A stretch of DNA of 64,000 nucleotides. Source: a virus (Duplodnaviria; Caudoviricetes). The DNA lies in IMG/VR virus record IMGVR_UViG_3300011805_000010, positions 5,557-69,556 of that record. One strand, 5' to 3'. A model generated the notes under the pieces. That model saw only the letters and a list, made by a program, of their open reading frames with translations. It searched no databases and was not told the DNA's origin. The translations under genes were made by a program, and so were the position numbers. Shown piece by piece: positions 17,187 to 27,316 of the stretch (its first letter is position 1; each line of letters begins with the position of its first letter).

Positions 17187-19208
17187 TTATAAAGGTAAGA
17201 AGGCCGTTGCATCAACTTGATATTCTTGGATATTTTTATTCTGGTCTAGCTTAACAAGTTCTTTGATATCGATGCTTTCAGAAGTAATTCCTATAAAGGT
17301 CTGGGACTCACCATTAATAGTTTTTAAGACTTTAAAGAGTTGAGTAATATCTTCTTGAACAATATTATGTTGACCAGGTTCATCAAAGAGAATTAAACCA
17401 AAATGGTTACCATTTAATTCATTCGATGTTTGTAAAAGAGCTATAGTAAACGACCAAATTCCGCGTATATAATCACTAGCTGATGAATCAAATTTCAAAT
17501 CAAAGCCGTCAACTGCGGGTAAAAAAGTTTCATCAGAAATGGAAATACTGTCGATATTTGTGATACTTTTAAAATTAAAATTTTTCAGATTCTTGATGAA
17601 ATTAGTTTTTAGCGTATATAGTTTTAATTTATCATTTTCGGATAGTTTACCAGCAGGTAGATTTTTTTTGTCTTCGCGATTTTTTTTCCACTCTTTTGAT
17701 AGAGTAGTGAACTTTGTTCTAATGGTAATAGATTTTTCGAGAATTTGTTTGTATCTTTCTATGTCATTAAATAATTTAACTCTTTTATAGACAGATTCCT
17801 CTGAATAACTACCGTCTAATGAGAATATGTCATTTTTCAATATTCTAGCCAAATTTTCAAGCTTCATTTTGGCTTTTTTAACTTGATTAATTTGTAATTC
17901 AATTTCTTGTATATTTTTCTCTATTTGAGAGAGAGAATGAGAAAATACATTTTTTTGAGCTTTTAAATGAGAAATATTTTCCTCAATAGCCATTACTAGA
18001 TTTGAATTTTGAACAGTTAAAACACTGTCAACAATTGTCTGTTTACATGTTGGACAAATACCCTTAAACATATCAAGGTTATGAGCAGACCCTATTTTCT
18101 GTAACTTTAGGGCATCGGTGTTATTGTTTATATCTGTTTCTATAATTGATAATCTTTTTGTTAGATTTTTCGATTCCATAAATTCCATATTTAGTATTTT
18201 TTGAGCATCTAAAATATTATTTTCTAAAACTTGAATATTGGATAAAGTATCATTAAGTTTAACTTGTAAATTTTCAATATGTTGAGTATTATTTTTTGTG
18301 ATTTTTTCAGTATTTACATACTGGTTTTCTAAATATGTAATATAATCTTCTAAAGTAAATGTATTATTGGAATCTTCAATTATGAAATCAATAGAACTAT
18401 CAGGTTTCAAAATTTCTATAATATTCGTTATACCTTGTAGTCTTATATTGAATCGATTTAATTCATTAGTAGTTTCACGGTAAAATGAGCTCCATCTAGA
18501 TTTTAAAGATTTTTCATCATCTAATATCCTTTTTCTTTCTTTTTCATTCTCCAATGAGTCCATATTTAATATAAACTCGATTACTCTTTTTTTAGCTTCT
18601 AAAATACCGAAATGAGGCATTGCAGAAAAGAAATCTGCCCAACCTCTTTTCTGTTCAATAAGCATACCCGAAAAAATTAATTGTAAATAAAGTTTACTTT
18701 CACTATCGGATCTATTAGGTACTTTTGGAAGTCTGATATTTAAAAATTTTTCTAAATATGAAAAGTAACCTAACTGATTAGATGCTGAATTAGGACCGTG
18801 TATATAATAATCTGTTGAAGTAGTATTAGGATCATTAATTGAATCATAATTAGAATTATACACAGTAGCTAAAGCATCCGAACGGACCTCATGAAGAGCG
18901 CTCCTTAAAATGGTATTAGTTTCTAAACCGTTATTTATTTCAAGGTAAATTTTTGATTCTAAAACTTTTAATAAATTTGGACCACTTTTGATTTCTTTTT
19001 TAAATACAGGTGATAATATTACTTGACCTTTGCCTCCAATTATCTCTTCCATGCCGAGTCCATAGAATATAGCAGATAAAATAGAACTTTTACCAACAGT
19101 GTTACCCCGACTCCAAATTAATTGTACTTTTTCATTAAAAGATTCATCAAAACCATATAATCCTGAATTAGTTTGAATTTCGATTCGTATTCTCTGAATA
19201 TTAAGCAT
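17187..19208 (-). CDS. lmuB: Lamassu SMC-like ABC ATPase
   Basis: Walker A RGNTVGKSS, coiled coils with CPTC zinc hook, Walker B LILFDEPGQH. Confidence 0.85.
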   Translation of the reverse strand: MLNIQRIRIEIQTNSGLYGFDESFNEKVQLIWSRGNTVGKSSILSAIFYGLGMEEIIGGKGQVILSPVFKKEIKSGPNLLKVLESKIYLEINNGLETNTILRSALHEVRSDALATVYNSNYDSINDPNTTSTDYYIHGPNSASNQLGYFSYLEKFLNIRLPKVPNRSDSESKLYLQLIFSGMLIEQKRGWADFFSAMPHFGILEAKKRVIEFILNMDSLENEKERKRILDDEKSLKSRWSSFYRETTNELNRFNIRLQGITNIIEILKPDSSIDFIIEDSNNTFTLEDYITYLENQYVNTEKITKNNTQHIENLQVKLNDTLSNIQVLENNILDAQKILNMEFMESKNLTKRLSIIETDINNNTDALKLQKIGSAHNLDMFKGICPTCKQTIVDSVLTVQNSNLVMAIEENISHLKAQKNVFSHSLSQIEKNIQEIELQINQVKKAKMKLENLARILKNDIFSLDGSYSEESVYKRVKLFNDIERYKQILEKSITIRTKFTTLSKEWKKNREDKKNLPAGKLSENDKLKLYTLKTNFIKNLKNFNFKSITNIDSISISDETFLPAVDGFDLKFDSSASDYIRGIWSFTIALLQTSNELNGNHFGLILFDEPGQHNIVQEDITQLFKVLKTINGESQTFIGITSESIDIKELVKLDQNKNIQEYQVDATAFLPL

Positions 19209-19219
19209 TAAACTACCCC

Positions 19220-19687
19220 TTAAATTAGTTGATTACTTATTTGTTTAATTTTTACTTCTGATAATTTACTACCTAATTTTTTTAAAAAAGCTTTTTCTTT
19301 TATTAAAAGTCCTGAGTCAGAAATAATTGCGTCTACAAAGGAATTCCCTTTGTCTGTTAACATAAATTGATTAGAATCGTTTAAATAAATTAATTTTTCA
19401 GCAAGTAAATATTCAACAGTAGTATTTACCGTTGGATCATATCTTAAAGTAATACGAGATAAATCATTTTTGTTAATATATTCAATTAATTTGTTACTCT
19501 CATCTTCATTAAACATCACCGTAATAATTAAATGGAGCTTAGTTAGGGAACAAGAACTATTTTTTCTACAAGTTAATTTTAAAAGTAAACAAGTAATAGA
19601 AGCCCGATAACTAAGGCGATAGAAGTAAGGTACTGACTCAGGTCTTGAAGTGAATCGAATTTTTTTTATTTCTAGTTCTTCATTCAT
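19220..19687 (-). CDS. lmuC: Lamassu / ABC-3C middle component
   Basis: 155 aa between effector and ATPase; winged-helix-like FMLTDKG; overlaps upstream gene. Confidence 0.75.
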   Translation of the reverse strand: MNEELEIKKIRFTSRPESVPYFYRLSYRASITCLLLKLTCRKNSSCSLTKLHLIITVMFNEDESNKLIEYINKNDLSRITLRYDPTVNTTVEYLLAEKLIYLNDSNQFMLTDKGNSFVDAIISDSGLLIKEKAFLKKLGSKLSEVKIKQISNQLI

Positions 19688-20642
19688 TTAAATCACCTAT
19701 AAATTCAAGTGGGCAATCAGCTAACCATTCTGCAGTAGTACTATGTGTTAAACTCATAATTGTGTTAGGACTGAGCCCTGAAAAGTTAGTTTCCAGTTGT
19801 TTAGTGAACTCCTTTTGTAATTCAATAAATATTTTATTATTTAATGTACTATCTGGATTCATCATTGACTTTGTTTCCACCTCAAATTTGTATAAGTTTT
19901 TTAATTCTAATATGTTTGCTCTTAATTCAGGGAAGTTTGTACCAATGTCATCCATGAACTCTAAACCTTGAGCGTATAAGGTCATATAATTATTAATCAA
20001 TTTATCCCATAAAGAATCATTATTTATTAACATAGGATTTATAGCTAAAGTTTTCCTTTTCACATTGTCTACCTTTTCTGATTCGAGGTCTCTCCAGTTA
20101 GCGTTATATGAAGTTAACAAAGGTAAATCTAATTTTTTTCCTAAAGCCTTAGAATTAAATAGATCTACTATTTCATCTATAAAATCATCAGCAACCTTTA
20201 TTAGACATTTGAAGTTATCTGAAATATAAGTGTATGATGAAGGGTCATTTTTTTTAGTTTCGGAAACTAATTTTTCTTTATCACATAAATGTTGTAGTAT
20301 TCTTTTATCCTTATATTCAGGAACAATAAAAATCCATTTATCAACTAATGAAACCCCAATTTCAGCTAATCTATCTTTATTTGCAATTAATTTATTAATA
20401 TCCTTAGTGACTTTATCTCTTTGATGATTGTATAGATCATCTTTAGATAGGTTTCTGTCATCTGGACAATAGCATTGTATTACTATTCCATTTTGGGTGA
20501 AACCCTCTATACCACAGTCTCCTTTATGACCTGCAGGAACTTCCATAAAGTCGTGTTCTTTATATGTAGATCTACAACAAGCTATAATTAACTCTTCCCA
20601 TTTGTCCCCACTTAAATAATCCTTTATAATATCTAAAATCAT
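19680..20642 (-). CDS. lmuA: Lamassu effector, restriction-endonuclease-fold nuclease with ABC-3C C-terminal domain
   Basis: WEEL...GDCGIEG...QCY nuclease motif; C-terminal WLADCPLEF. Confidence 0.78.
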   Translation of the reverse strand: MILDIIKDYLSGDKWEELIIACCRSTYKEHDFMEVPAGHKGDCGIEGFTQNGIVIQCYCPDDRNLSKDDLYNHQRDKVTKDINKLIANKDRLAEIGVSLVDKWIFIVPEYKDKRILQHLCDKEKLVSETKKNDPSSYTYISDNFKCLIKVADDFIDEIVDLFNSKALGKKLDLPLLTSYNANWRDLESEKVDNVKRKTLAINPMLINNDSLWDKLINNYMTLYAQGLEFMDDIGTNFPELRANILELKNLYKFEVETKSMMNPDSTLNNKIFIELQKEFTKQLETNFSGLSPNTIMSLTHSTTAEWLADCPLEFIGDLNE

Positions 20643-20644
20643 AT

Positions 20645-20839
20645 TTACCTCTTAAATTCTATTTTTATATATTCTTCATTACTAGGAACTTTTCTTAAAA
20701 AATTTGTATCAATTATAAAATTTTCGTTGCTATTGATATATTTTACTAAAGCCATATTAAAGGGATAATAATCTTCCACAATAGTAATTTCTTTGTCCTG
20801 TAAGAAATAAATTTCATTTTCAGAAAGTTGTAGTATCAT
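20645..20839 (-). CDS. 64-aa hypothetical protein upstream of lmuA
   Basis: AGGAGGG RBS; ends 2 nt before the lmuA start. Confidence 0.55.
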   Translation of the reverse strand: MILQLSENEIYFLQDKEITIVEDYYPFNMALVKYINSNENFIIDTNFLRKVPSNEEYIKIEFKR

Positions 20840-20970
20840 ATTATCCCTCCTCTAGGTTTATAATGATTTATAATATCAAAGCTATAAAAAAGTATCATTA
20901 TAAAATTTGAGGTCAGATTTTGACTTTGTTTCATAAGTACAAATTATTAGCGACTTTACACCGAAAATTA

Positions 20971-21630
20971 TCATCGTTCACAAGCCCAACCGTCTTTATC
21001 GCGATCATGCTTAGGTGCATAGGCAGGGTGGTCGGAAGGTACGCCACTTGGATAGACTTTTCTTAGCTCTGTGCAATTCTGGTAGTACTCTCTTTGAGGA
21101 GCACTTGGGATAGTAACTGTATTTACTGTTTCTTCTTGAGTGTTACTACTAGATTCAGTTTCTGATATTCCTGTATTAGAATTTGACTCTGTTGAGTTAT
21201 TTGATTCTTGGTCTGGCGTATTATTTACTACAGGTTCTTCTTTAACTTCCTCCTGCTCAACTTGTGGGATAGGTTCTGGCTCCGGCTCTTTTTCTGGTGT
21301 TGAAGTAGGGGAGTCAGTTGTATCGTTAACAGGCGTTGCATCTTCTTCTGTTTGTTCTTCATTCACAACGGCTTCTGACTCACTTTTTGACGTTTCAGCA
21401 CTGTCTTTTTCTGTGTCCTTTGAAAGTGTTAATGCACAACCAGAAATAGAGAATATAAACCCAAGAGTAATGATTGTTGGTATTAATTTTGATTTTGCAT
21501 TAAGTTGTTTGTTAATTTTATATTCATGAATTCCCCACCAAATTAACACCACACCTAATATAAATAAAGGGTAAGTGATTAATATGGATAGTGCGATAAT
21601 TACAACTATAATAGATAAGCAACCTTTCAT
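20971..21630 (-). CDS. membrane-anchored Excalibur calcium-binding domain protein
   Basis: N-terminal TMs, S/T/E/P linker, C-terminal YQNCTELR...DRDKDGWACE. Confidence 0.9.
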   Translation of the reverse strand: MKGCLSIIVVIIALSILITYPLFILGVVLIWWGIHEYKINKQLNAKSKLIPTIITLGFIFSISGCALTLSKDTEKDSAETSKSESEAVVNEEQTEEDATPVNDTTDSPTSTPEKEPEPEPIPQVEQEEVKEEPVVNNTPDQESNNSTESNSNTGISETESSSNTQEETVNTVTIPSAPQREYYQNCTELRKVYPSGVPSDHPAYAPKHDRDKDGWACER

Positions 21631-22685
21631 TTCAGTTCCTCCACGAGTCTAAATCCTTTAGTTTTAAGGTATTTCATATTATGTTCAAATGTTTCAATGG
21701 TGTCAGAGCAATCTATGTTTTCAAAATCTAAGAGTTCTAGATTTTCTCTATTTATTCGTGTTGAAAGTATGCAACCTTTCATTGGAGGTAAGTCTGCTTG
21801 ACCATAATCGTAAACATGAATAAGTACGTTTTCGATTGGGAGGATAGCAAGTACCTCTCTAGCAATCCGAATAACACAACTGCAAACGTAGTCTTGATAA
21901 AGCGCTAAATAAATTGTTTTGCCCATTTTTTTACGAGAAAGTTTATTTGTTGAAGTTAATGATAATGTATCAGTTGGAACAACCTCTTCATTTCCAACAG
22001 TTAAACTTACTACCAGTTCATTGTTAATGACTTTGAAGTTTAATTGACTTCCAAAACTTTCGATATCGTCAAAAGGTGCATATTCTGTTAATGCCATTAT
22101 CCAAGCATTACTATCCCCACTTAAAATTAGGGGAGCAGCATCTTTTAGTCTTTGCTTTTTTTGATAGATTTCATGATCTAGTTGTTTGGCTTCAGGTAAT
22201 TTTTCTTCAATAATCATTTTTTTAGCAGTAGTTCGATTGAAAAGTTTGTCACGAAATGTTGGTTTATAGTTTGCGATTTCTTCCAAAACAGAAGATACAT
22301 TTGGACCTTCTTTCAACAAATAAGTAATATCTTCTTCAGCAACCCGATGCCAATTCACGTCATTTTCAGTTTCCAAATGGACAGAAATTAACATGTTTAT
22401 GTACGCATTATAATTTTCGACTTCCTGTATGTTATGCTCCAAGTCGGGTTGTACTGTCGTATTCATCGTTTCATACGCGATCCGTTGCGGTCGTTTATTT
22501 CTATTGCTAATCTGTTTAGAGTAGGAAATACCAGTGCCAGGGATTGAACTTGAAAATGTTGTTCTTTTATTTCCAAAGGTTGTCCTTGCATATTTATTAC
22601 CGACAGTAACACTAGTACCTCTCTTGCCAATGTTTAATTTAACTCCTGGGGCAATCTTTACGCTTTTCCTATAACGAAATCCCAT
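21627..22685 (-). CDS. DUF4236 domain protein
   Basis: MGFRYRKSVKIAPGVKLNIGKRG signature. Confidence 0.88.
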   Translation of the reverse strand: MGFRYRKSVKIAPGVKLNIGKRGTSVTVGNKYARTTFGNKRTTFSSSIPGTGISYSKQISNRNKRPQRIAYETMNTTVQPDLEHNIQEVENYNAYINMLISVHLETENDVNWHRVAEEDITYLLKEGPNVSSVLEEIANYKPTFRDKLFNRTTAKKMIIEEKLPEAKQLDHEIYQKKQRLKDAAPLILSGDSNAWIMALTEYAPFDDIESFGSQLNFKVINNELVVSLTVGNEEVVPTDTLSLTSTNKLSRKKMGKTIYLALYQDYVCSCVIRIAREVLAILPIENVLIHVYDYGQADLPPMKGCILSTRINRENLELLDFENIDCSDTIETFEHNMKYLKTKGFRLVEELK

Positions 22686-22808
22686 TTTATGTATACCTCC
22701 TTGAATATAAGTACATTTGACTTGCGTAAATATAACTAATATTTTGGTAAAAAATTTTAATTGATGCGTATTGAGGTTATTTTAAAGGACATGCAACTGA
22801 GCATGTCC

Positions 22809-23180
22809 TTATTTGATTTCACCGCTATCCTTCAAAATCTCCCACATTTTTCGTAGCCTTTGTAAATCTTCCTCACGATTCTTAGGTAAATCCTTATACC
22901 ATTTTTGTAGGGAAGGATCGTTAGCGAATGCTTGGAATTCAGCTTCGTCATTTATGGATTGAGTATGAGGGTTTTTAACGTCACTTTCACATAAAATATA
23001 TGCGACACTAACGCCATATTTTTCAGCTAATTTTTGTAGGCTACTTATTGAAATTTCATTGCGACCTTGTTCGTAATAACCATAGGCACTCTCAGAAATA
23101 TTCAAGAATTTAGCAATATCAGCTTGTGTTAATTTGAATTCTTTTCTTAATTCCTTAAGTCTTTGTGGGACATTAGGCAT
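22809..23180 (-). CDS. CI-like repressor (XRE)
   Basis: HTH LTQADIAKFLNISESAYGYYEQG; divergent from cro. Confidence 0.88.
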   Translation of the reverse strand: MPNVPQRLKELRKEFKLTQADIAKFLNISESAYGYYEQGRNEISISSLQKLAEKYGVSVAYILCESDVKNPHTQSINDEAEFQAFANDPSLQKWYKDLPKNREEDLQRLRKMWEILKDSGEIK

Positions 23181-23215
23181 GGTTACACCTCTTTCGCATA
23201 TGTAAGTACATTATA

Positions 23216-23324
23216 CAACTAATAGTTGGGTAATTAGGTAAATAAAAAACAAATACAACAAAAAATCCGATTTATTGTTGACTCACAACATTTTGTTGTG
23301 TAAAATAAAAACAACAAAATGTTG
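23216..23324. promoter_or_regulatory. primary switch: PR TTGACT(23278)-17-TAAAAT(23301) and 13-bp operators CAAC-N5-GTTG
   Basis: operators at 23216, 23286 and 23312, plus a fourth copy at 23564. Confidence 0.8.
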
Positions 23325-23337
23325 GGGAGGTGATGAT

Positions 23338-23583
23338 TTGAGCCATTCTACTTGTCGACATAGGTTAGTAGTTCTTCGTAAAGAAAAAGGTTGGTTACAA
23401 AAAGATGTTGTTGCGAATTTGCTAAAAGAATACAACATATCAATCACTGAAAGTTACTACGGAATGATCGAGCGGGGAGTTAGAACTCCCTCATTAAAAG
23501 TTGCTTTAGCGATTGCAGCATTATTTAATGTTGAACCAATTGATATTTTTTTAAACGTTAAAACAACATTTTGTTGTATTTAG
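23338..23583 (+). CDS. Cro-like XRE regulator
   Basis: GGAGGTG RBS and TTG23338; ERGVRTPSLKVALAIA. Confidence 0.82.
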   Translation: MSHSTCRHRLVVLRKEKGWLQKDVVANLLKEYNISITESYYGMIERGVRTPSLKVALAIAALFNVEPIDIFLNVKTTFCCI

Positions 23584-23711
23584 GTAAGTAAGAAAACAAC
23601 TTAACGTGGAACTTTTCAAGATTGGTAAGTAATGTCATTGGATGTAATTTATCATTTTCAATCTACTACTAGCTTAGCAGATTGGAAGACTTCAAAAATA
23701 GGAGGTTATAT

Positions 23712-24443
23712 ATGAATCCATTACAAGTAATCGTAAATGACAATCAGCGTGTGTTAACAACAAATCAATTGGCTGAGAGTTATGAAACAGATGTAAAAGT
23801 CATTTCGAATAATTTCACTCGTAACAAAGATCGGTATATAGAAGGCAAACACTTTATTCATCTTTCGGGTGAGGACTTAAAACAATTTAAAGCCATTCAT
23901 CAAAATGATGAAAGCCTTAAATTTGCTTCTTCGTTATACCTTTGGACAGAAAAAGGTGCATGGTTACACGCAAAATCTCTTAACACCGATAGAGCGTGGG
24001 ATGCCTATGAAAAACTAGTGGACGAGTATTACAACATGAAAGAAAAGATTGTGCCGTTATCAAAAGACCAAGCGCTTGTCACAGTTCTTCGTACTACTGC
24101 AGATTTGGTTGAAGATACGCAGGAGATTAAAAAAGAACAACACGAAATCCGTAAAGAACTGTCACTTATCAACGAAAAGGTTGAAGAGCAAATCACCTTA
24201 ACGTCAGGTGAACAACGTGCTGTACAAAAGGCTGTAGCGACAAAGGTGTATGAATTTGAACTAAATCCTTCAGTTCGTCCTAAACTTTTCCGCGAATTGT
24301 ATCGTGAAATTAAAGATCGGTTTGCAGTAGCTAGTTACAAAGATATTCGTCGTCAAGATTTACAACTAGTACTGGGTTATATCAATTCTTGGATTCCTCG
24401 AAAAGTTACTTTGGAAGAGGCTGCTAGTCAAAGCAGCCTATAG
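23712..24443 (+). CDS. phage antirepressor-like protein (ORF6N + ORF6C domains)
   Basis: RVLTTNQLAESY, LYLWTEKGA; C-terminal FAVASYKDIRRQD. Confidence 0.88.
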   Translation: MNPLQVIVNDNQRVLTTNQLAESYETDVKVISNNFTRNKDRYIEGKHFIHLSGEDLKQFKAIHQNDESLKFASSLYLWTEKGAWLHAKSLNTDRAWDAYEKLVDEYYNMKEKIVPLSKDQALVTVLRTTADLVEDTQEIKKEQHEIRKELSLINEKVEEQITLTSGEQRAVQKAVATKVYEFELNPSVRPKLFRELYREIKDRFAVASYKDIRRQDLQLVLGYINSWIPRKVTLEEAASQSSL

Positions 24444-24458
24444 ATTGGAGGGCAGGTA

Positions 24459-24767
24459 ATGTTTAGCGAGGAGTTTAAAGCGGAGATAAAAGAGGAATTT
24501 CGCCAGTTGTTTCGACAGGAGTTGGAGAAGGCATTTACACCAAAGCCATTAATTCGTGAGTTACCGATTTTGTTAACTCGTAATCAGTTGATGGAGGTAT
24601 TCCATATAAAAAGTACAAAAGCGTCAGCGTTATTGAGGCGCGAAGATTTCCCGAAGTTTTATGAAGCGGGGCGAGTACTAATTCCATCAAAAGCATTGTT
24701 GCAATGGATTGATGAGCATACCGAATGGGTTCAAACACATACGAAGTATTTTCAATCCGTTGGTTAA
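24459..24767 (+). CDS. DNA-binding protein (excisionase-like HTH)
   Basis: LPILLTRNQLMEVFHI...GRVLIPSKALLQWI. Confidence 0.65.
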   Translation: MFSEEFKAEIKEEFRQLFRQELEKAFTPKPLIRELPILLTRNQLMEVFHIKSTKASALLRREDFPKFYEAGRVLIPSKALLQWIDEHTEWVQTHTKYFQSVG

Positions 24768-24824
24768 TGTTTCATATAAAAATTTTAAAACACAACAACG
24801 TAATATTGTATTCCGGTTTGGAAT

Positions 24825-25118
24825 GTGAAAGGTGGTGAGACGATGAAAATTGGCGCCATTTTGCAAGCCTGTCGTGAACGCGCAGGGTTGTCACAAGAAG
24901 AACTGGCATTTCGAATGAATCGATCGCAGTCCTGTATCTCAAAATTTGAAAATAGCGTAAAGATTCCTGATGCCATCACCTTTATGGAATGGTTTAAGCA
25001 AACAAATACGCAAGAGGTCGCTGTCGCATTTTTAATGGGGATGGACGGGCTTACGATTTTACAAACATTGCTACCGATGGTTGGTGGGTTTGTATGTTGG
25101 ATTATGTATTTGGTTTAG
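24825..25118 (+). CDS. XRE-family HTH protein
   Basis: RERAGLSQEELAFRMNRSQSCISKFE. Confidence 0.85.
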   Translation: MKGGETMKIGAILQACRERAGLSQEELAFRMNRSQSCISKFENSVKIPDAITFMEWFKQTNTQEVAVAFLMGMDGLTILQTLLPMVGGFVCWIMYLV

Positions 25119-25147
25119 AGATCATTAGAAAGTGGGTGAGATGTGAA

Positions 25148-25357
25148 ATGAATATTGCACCGTTTAAGTACAAGATGCCGGTGGTCCGTCTTGAAACGGA
25201 AGAGTTTGAAGAACGTTTCAGCGAGTATGACATTATCAGTCAATTCAATGGCATCATTCTGACGCTCGTTGCGGTTGAAAATGACGTGCGGTATATATCG
25301 TATGTCACAGCATCTTATGCAGAAATTTTACGAAAACAAAAGGAGGAGAGGGTTTGA
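25148..25357 (+). CDS. small phage hypothetical protein
   Basis: ORF in the early operon, overlapping the next gene. Confidence 0.6.
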   Translation: MNIAPFKYKMPVVRLETEEFEERFSEYDIISQFNGIILTLVAVENDVRYISYVTASYAEILRKQKEERV

Positions 25358-25578
25358 ATTTATTGATTGAAAATCCAATGGTATTAAGCACTATTGAGCA
25401 AATAAATCATGCCCCAACATTGCATTATGTTGAAGATGATTTCCGAGATGTCTATGGATCTCTAATCGTTAGTAATGACGATTACATGCTGTTTTCAAAC
25501 GGTGATGTAGTTCATATGGATAACATTCATACGTACTTAGAAGAACATTATAAGGCGGAATTTTGCACGAAAAAATAG
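25354..25578 (+). CDS. small phage hypothetical protein (YqaI-like position)
   Basis: AAGGAGGAG RBS; LLIENPMV motif. Confidence 0.65.
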   Translation: MNLLIENPMVLSTIEQINHAPTLHYVEDDFRDVYGSLIVSNDDYMLFSNGDVVHMDNIHTYLEEHYKAEFCTKK

Positions 25579-25615
25579 ACCACTTGGCAGAGTGGTCTAA
25601 ACAAAACTAATTCTT
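25570..25615 (-). ncRNA. candidate ~45-nt antisense RNA
   Basis: minus-strand TTGAAC(25650-45)-17-TATAAT(25627-22); terminator TAGACCACT-TGGCAG-AGTGGTCTA plus U-tract. Confidence 0.55.
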
Positions 25616-25649
25616 GCGCTCATTATAGCGCACTACAGGAGGAAGTTCA

Positions 25650-26528
25650 ATGACGAAACTTAATGAACAGTTCAATAACCCTCAAATGGGACAACCTCAA
25701 TTTCAGGGTGGAACGCAAGCGCAAGCTAGTGCTTCACGCGAAATGGAAGAAGTAAAAGGGCAAATTTTCATGGCGAAACAGTTTCCTCGTAACGTTTTCC
25801 AAGCTGAACAACGTATTTTAGATACTTGTCGTAGACCGGCACTAGCACAAGTTGCAATGTATCAATACCCTCGTGGCGGACAGCGAGTAACTGGTCCATC
25901 CATTCGATTAGCAGAAGCCATTGCACAAAATTGGGGGAATTTATCGTACGGCATTCAAGAATTAGAACAACGTAATGGTGAATCAGTCGCAAAAGCATTC
26001 TGTTGGGATCTTGAAACGAATGTTCGCCAAGAAAAGGTATTTACTGTTAAGCATTCTATGAAAGCGAAAGGGACTATCAAGAAACTAGACGATCCACGTG
26101 ATATTTATGAAAAGGTAGCAAATGATGGGGCACGTCGTTTACGTTCATGCATTCTAGGCATAATCCCAGGTGACATTATTGATAAAGCCATTGTTCAATG
26201 TTATGAAACGTTAGCGGGAAATAGCCAGGGGCCATTAAAAGATCGTATTGCTAAAGCTTTGCGAAGTTATAAAGAACAGTATCGTGTTACACAAGAAATG
26301 ATCGAAGCGAAGTTTGGTTATAATGCAGATTCGTTTACAGAATATGACTACGTAGAGTTGATTAACATATTTAATAGCTTAAAAGATGGTTTGAGTAAGG
26401 TTGAAGATTGGTTTAACAAAGAAGATGGTAAAAAGCAATCTAGTGGCTTAGGAGACGATTTCAAAGCTCAATCAGAACCAAAAACAGAGGTGAAATCAGA
26501 TGCTTCAAACGACATTCCAGTTGAATAG
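25650..26528 (+). CDS. phage protein, probable single-strand annealing partner of the adjacent exonuclease
   Basis: conserved YPRGG..VTGPSIRLAEAIAQNWGN; function inferred from position. Confidence 0.55.
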   Translation: MTKLNEQFNNPQMGQPQFQGGTQAQASASREMEEVKGQIFMAKQFPRNVFQAEQRILDTCRRPALAQVAMYQYPRGGQRVTGPSIRLAEAIAQNWGNLSYGIQELEQRNGESVAKAFCWDLETNVRQEKVFTVKHSMKAKGTIKKLDDPRDIYEKVANDGARRLRSCILGIIPGDIIDKAIVQCYETLAGNSQGPLKDRIAKALRSYKEQYRVTQEMIEAKFGYNADSFTEYDYVELINIFNSLKDGLSKVEDWFNKEDGKKQSSGLGDDFKAQSEPKTEVKSDASNDIPVE

Positions 26529-27303
26529 CGATAACTATCACACGAATGAGGCAAATCAACATTACATGTCCGTATCGCAGTTTAAAAGTGCAATGGAATG
26601 CGAAGCTAGAACGTTTGCAGAGATGAGGGGCGAGTTTACTCGTTCCCTCTCAACCGCCTTAATGGTCGGCTCTTATATACACGCAGCTTTCCAAAGTAAC
26701 GAAGCATTTGCTGAATTTCTAGCACTTCATCACAACAGCATTTATAACAGTCGTGGGAACAAATATAGGGATTATGAAAAAGCTGATGACATGATTGAAA
26801 CGATTAAAAATGACGAGTTTTGTATGTTCGCTCTACAAGGTGAAAAAGAAGTCATCTACACAGGTGAATTATTCGGTGTTGAGTGGAAAATCAAAGTCGA
26901 TAACATCAACCATGAGCGTCGATTTTTCAGCGATATAAAGAGCACACAAGAGCTTAGAAAACGATACTGGAGCGAGAAATATAGCACTTGGGTTTCGTTT
27001 GTACAAGCCTTCGATTATGTGCTGCAGATGTGGGTCTATCGTGAAATTATTTATCAAAATACAGGTCATTATTATGATCCGTATATTGTGGCAGTCACTA
27101 AAGAAACGCCACCTGATAAAGCGGTTTTACACTTCGATACAGCGCGTTTTAACTTCGAGAAGGAATATGTCGAAACGATGTTACCAAGCATCTTAGAAGC
27201 AAAGAGAGGGGCTAAAAAACCACATTATTGTGATAAATGTGAATACTGTCGGGCTCATAAAAAATTAAGTGGCACATTTGAAATTGAATACCTACTAGAT
27301 TAG
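26500..27303 (+). CDS. PD-(D/E)XK exonuclease (DUF3799/RecE-like)
   Basis: MSVSQFK, GSYIH, EKEVIYTG, KIKVD and SDIKST motifs. Confidence 0.85.
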   Translation: MLQTTFQLNSDNYHTNEANQHYMSVSQFKSAMECEARTFAEMRGEFTRSLSTALMVGSYIHAAFQSNEAFAEFLALHHNSIYNSRGNKYRDYEKADDMIETIKNDEFCMFALQGEKEVIYTGELFGVEWKIKVDNINHERRFFSDIKSTQELRKRYWSEKYSTWVSFVQAFDYVLQMWVYREIIYQNTGHYYDPYIVAVTKETPPDKAVLHFDTARFNFEKEYVETMLPSILEAKRGAKKPHYCDKCEYCRAHKKLSGTFEIEYLLD

Positions 27304-27316
27304 GTGGTGCATATGG

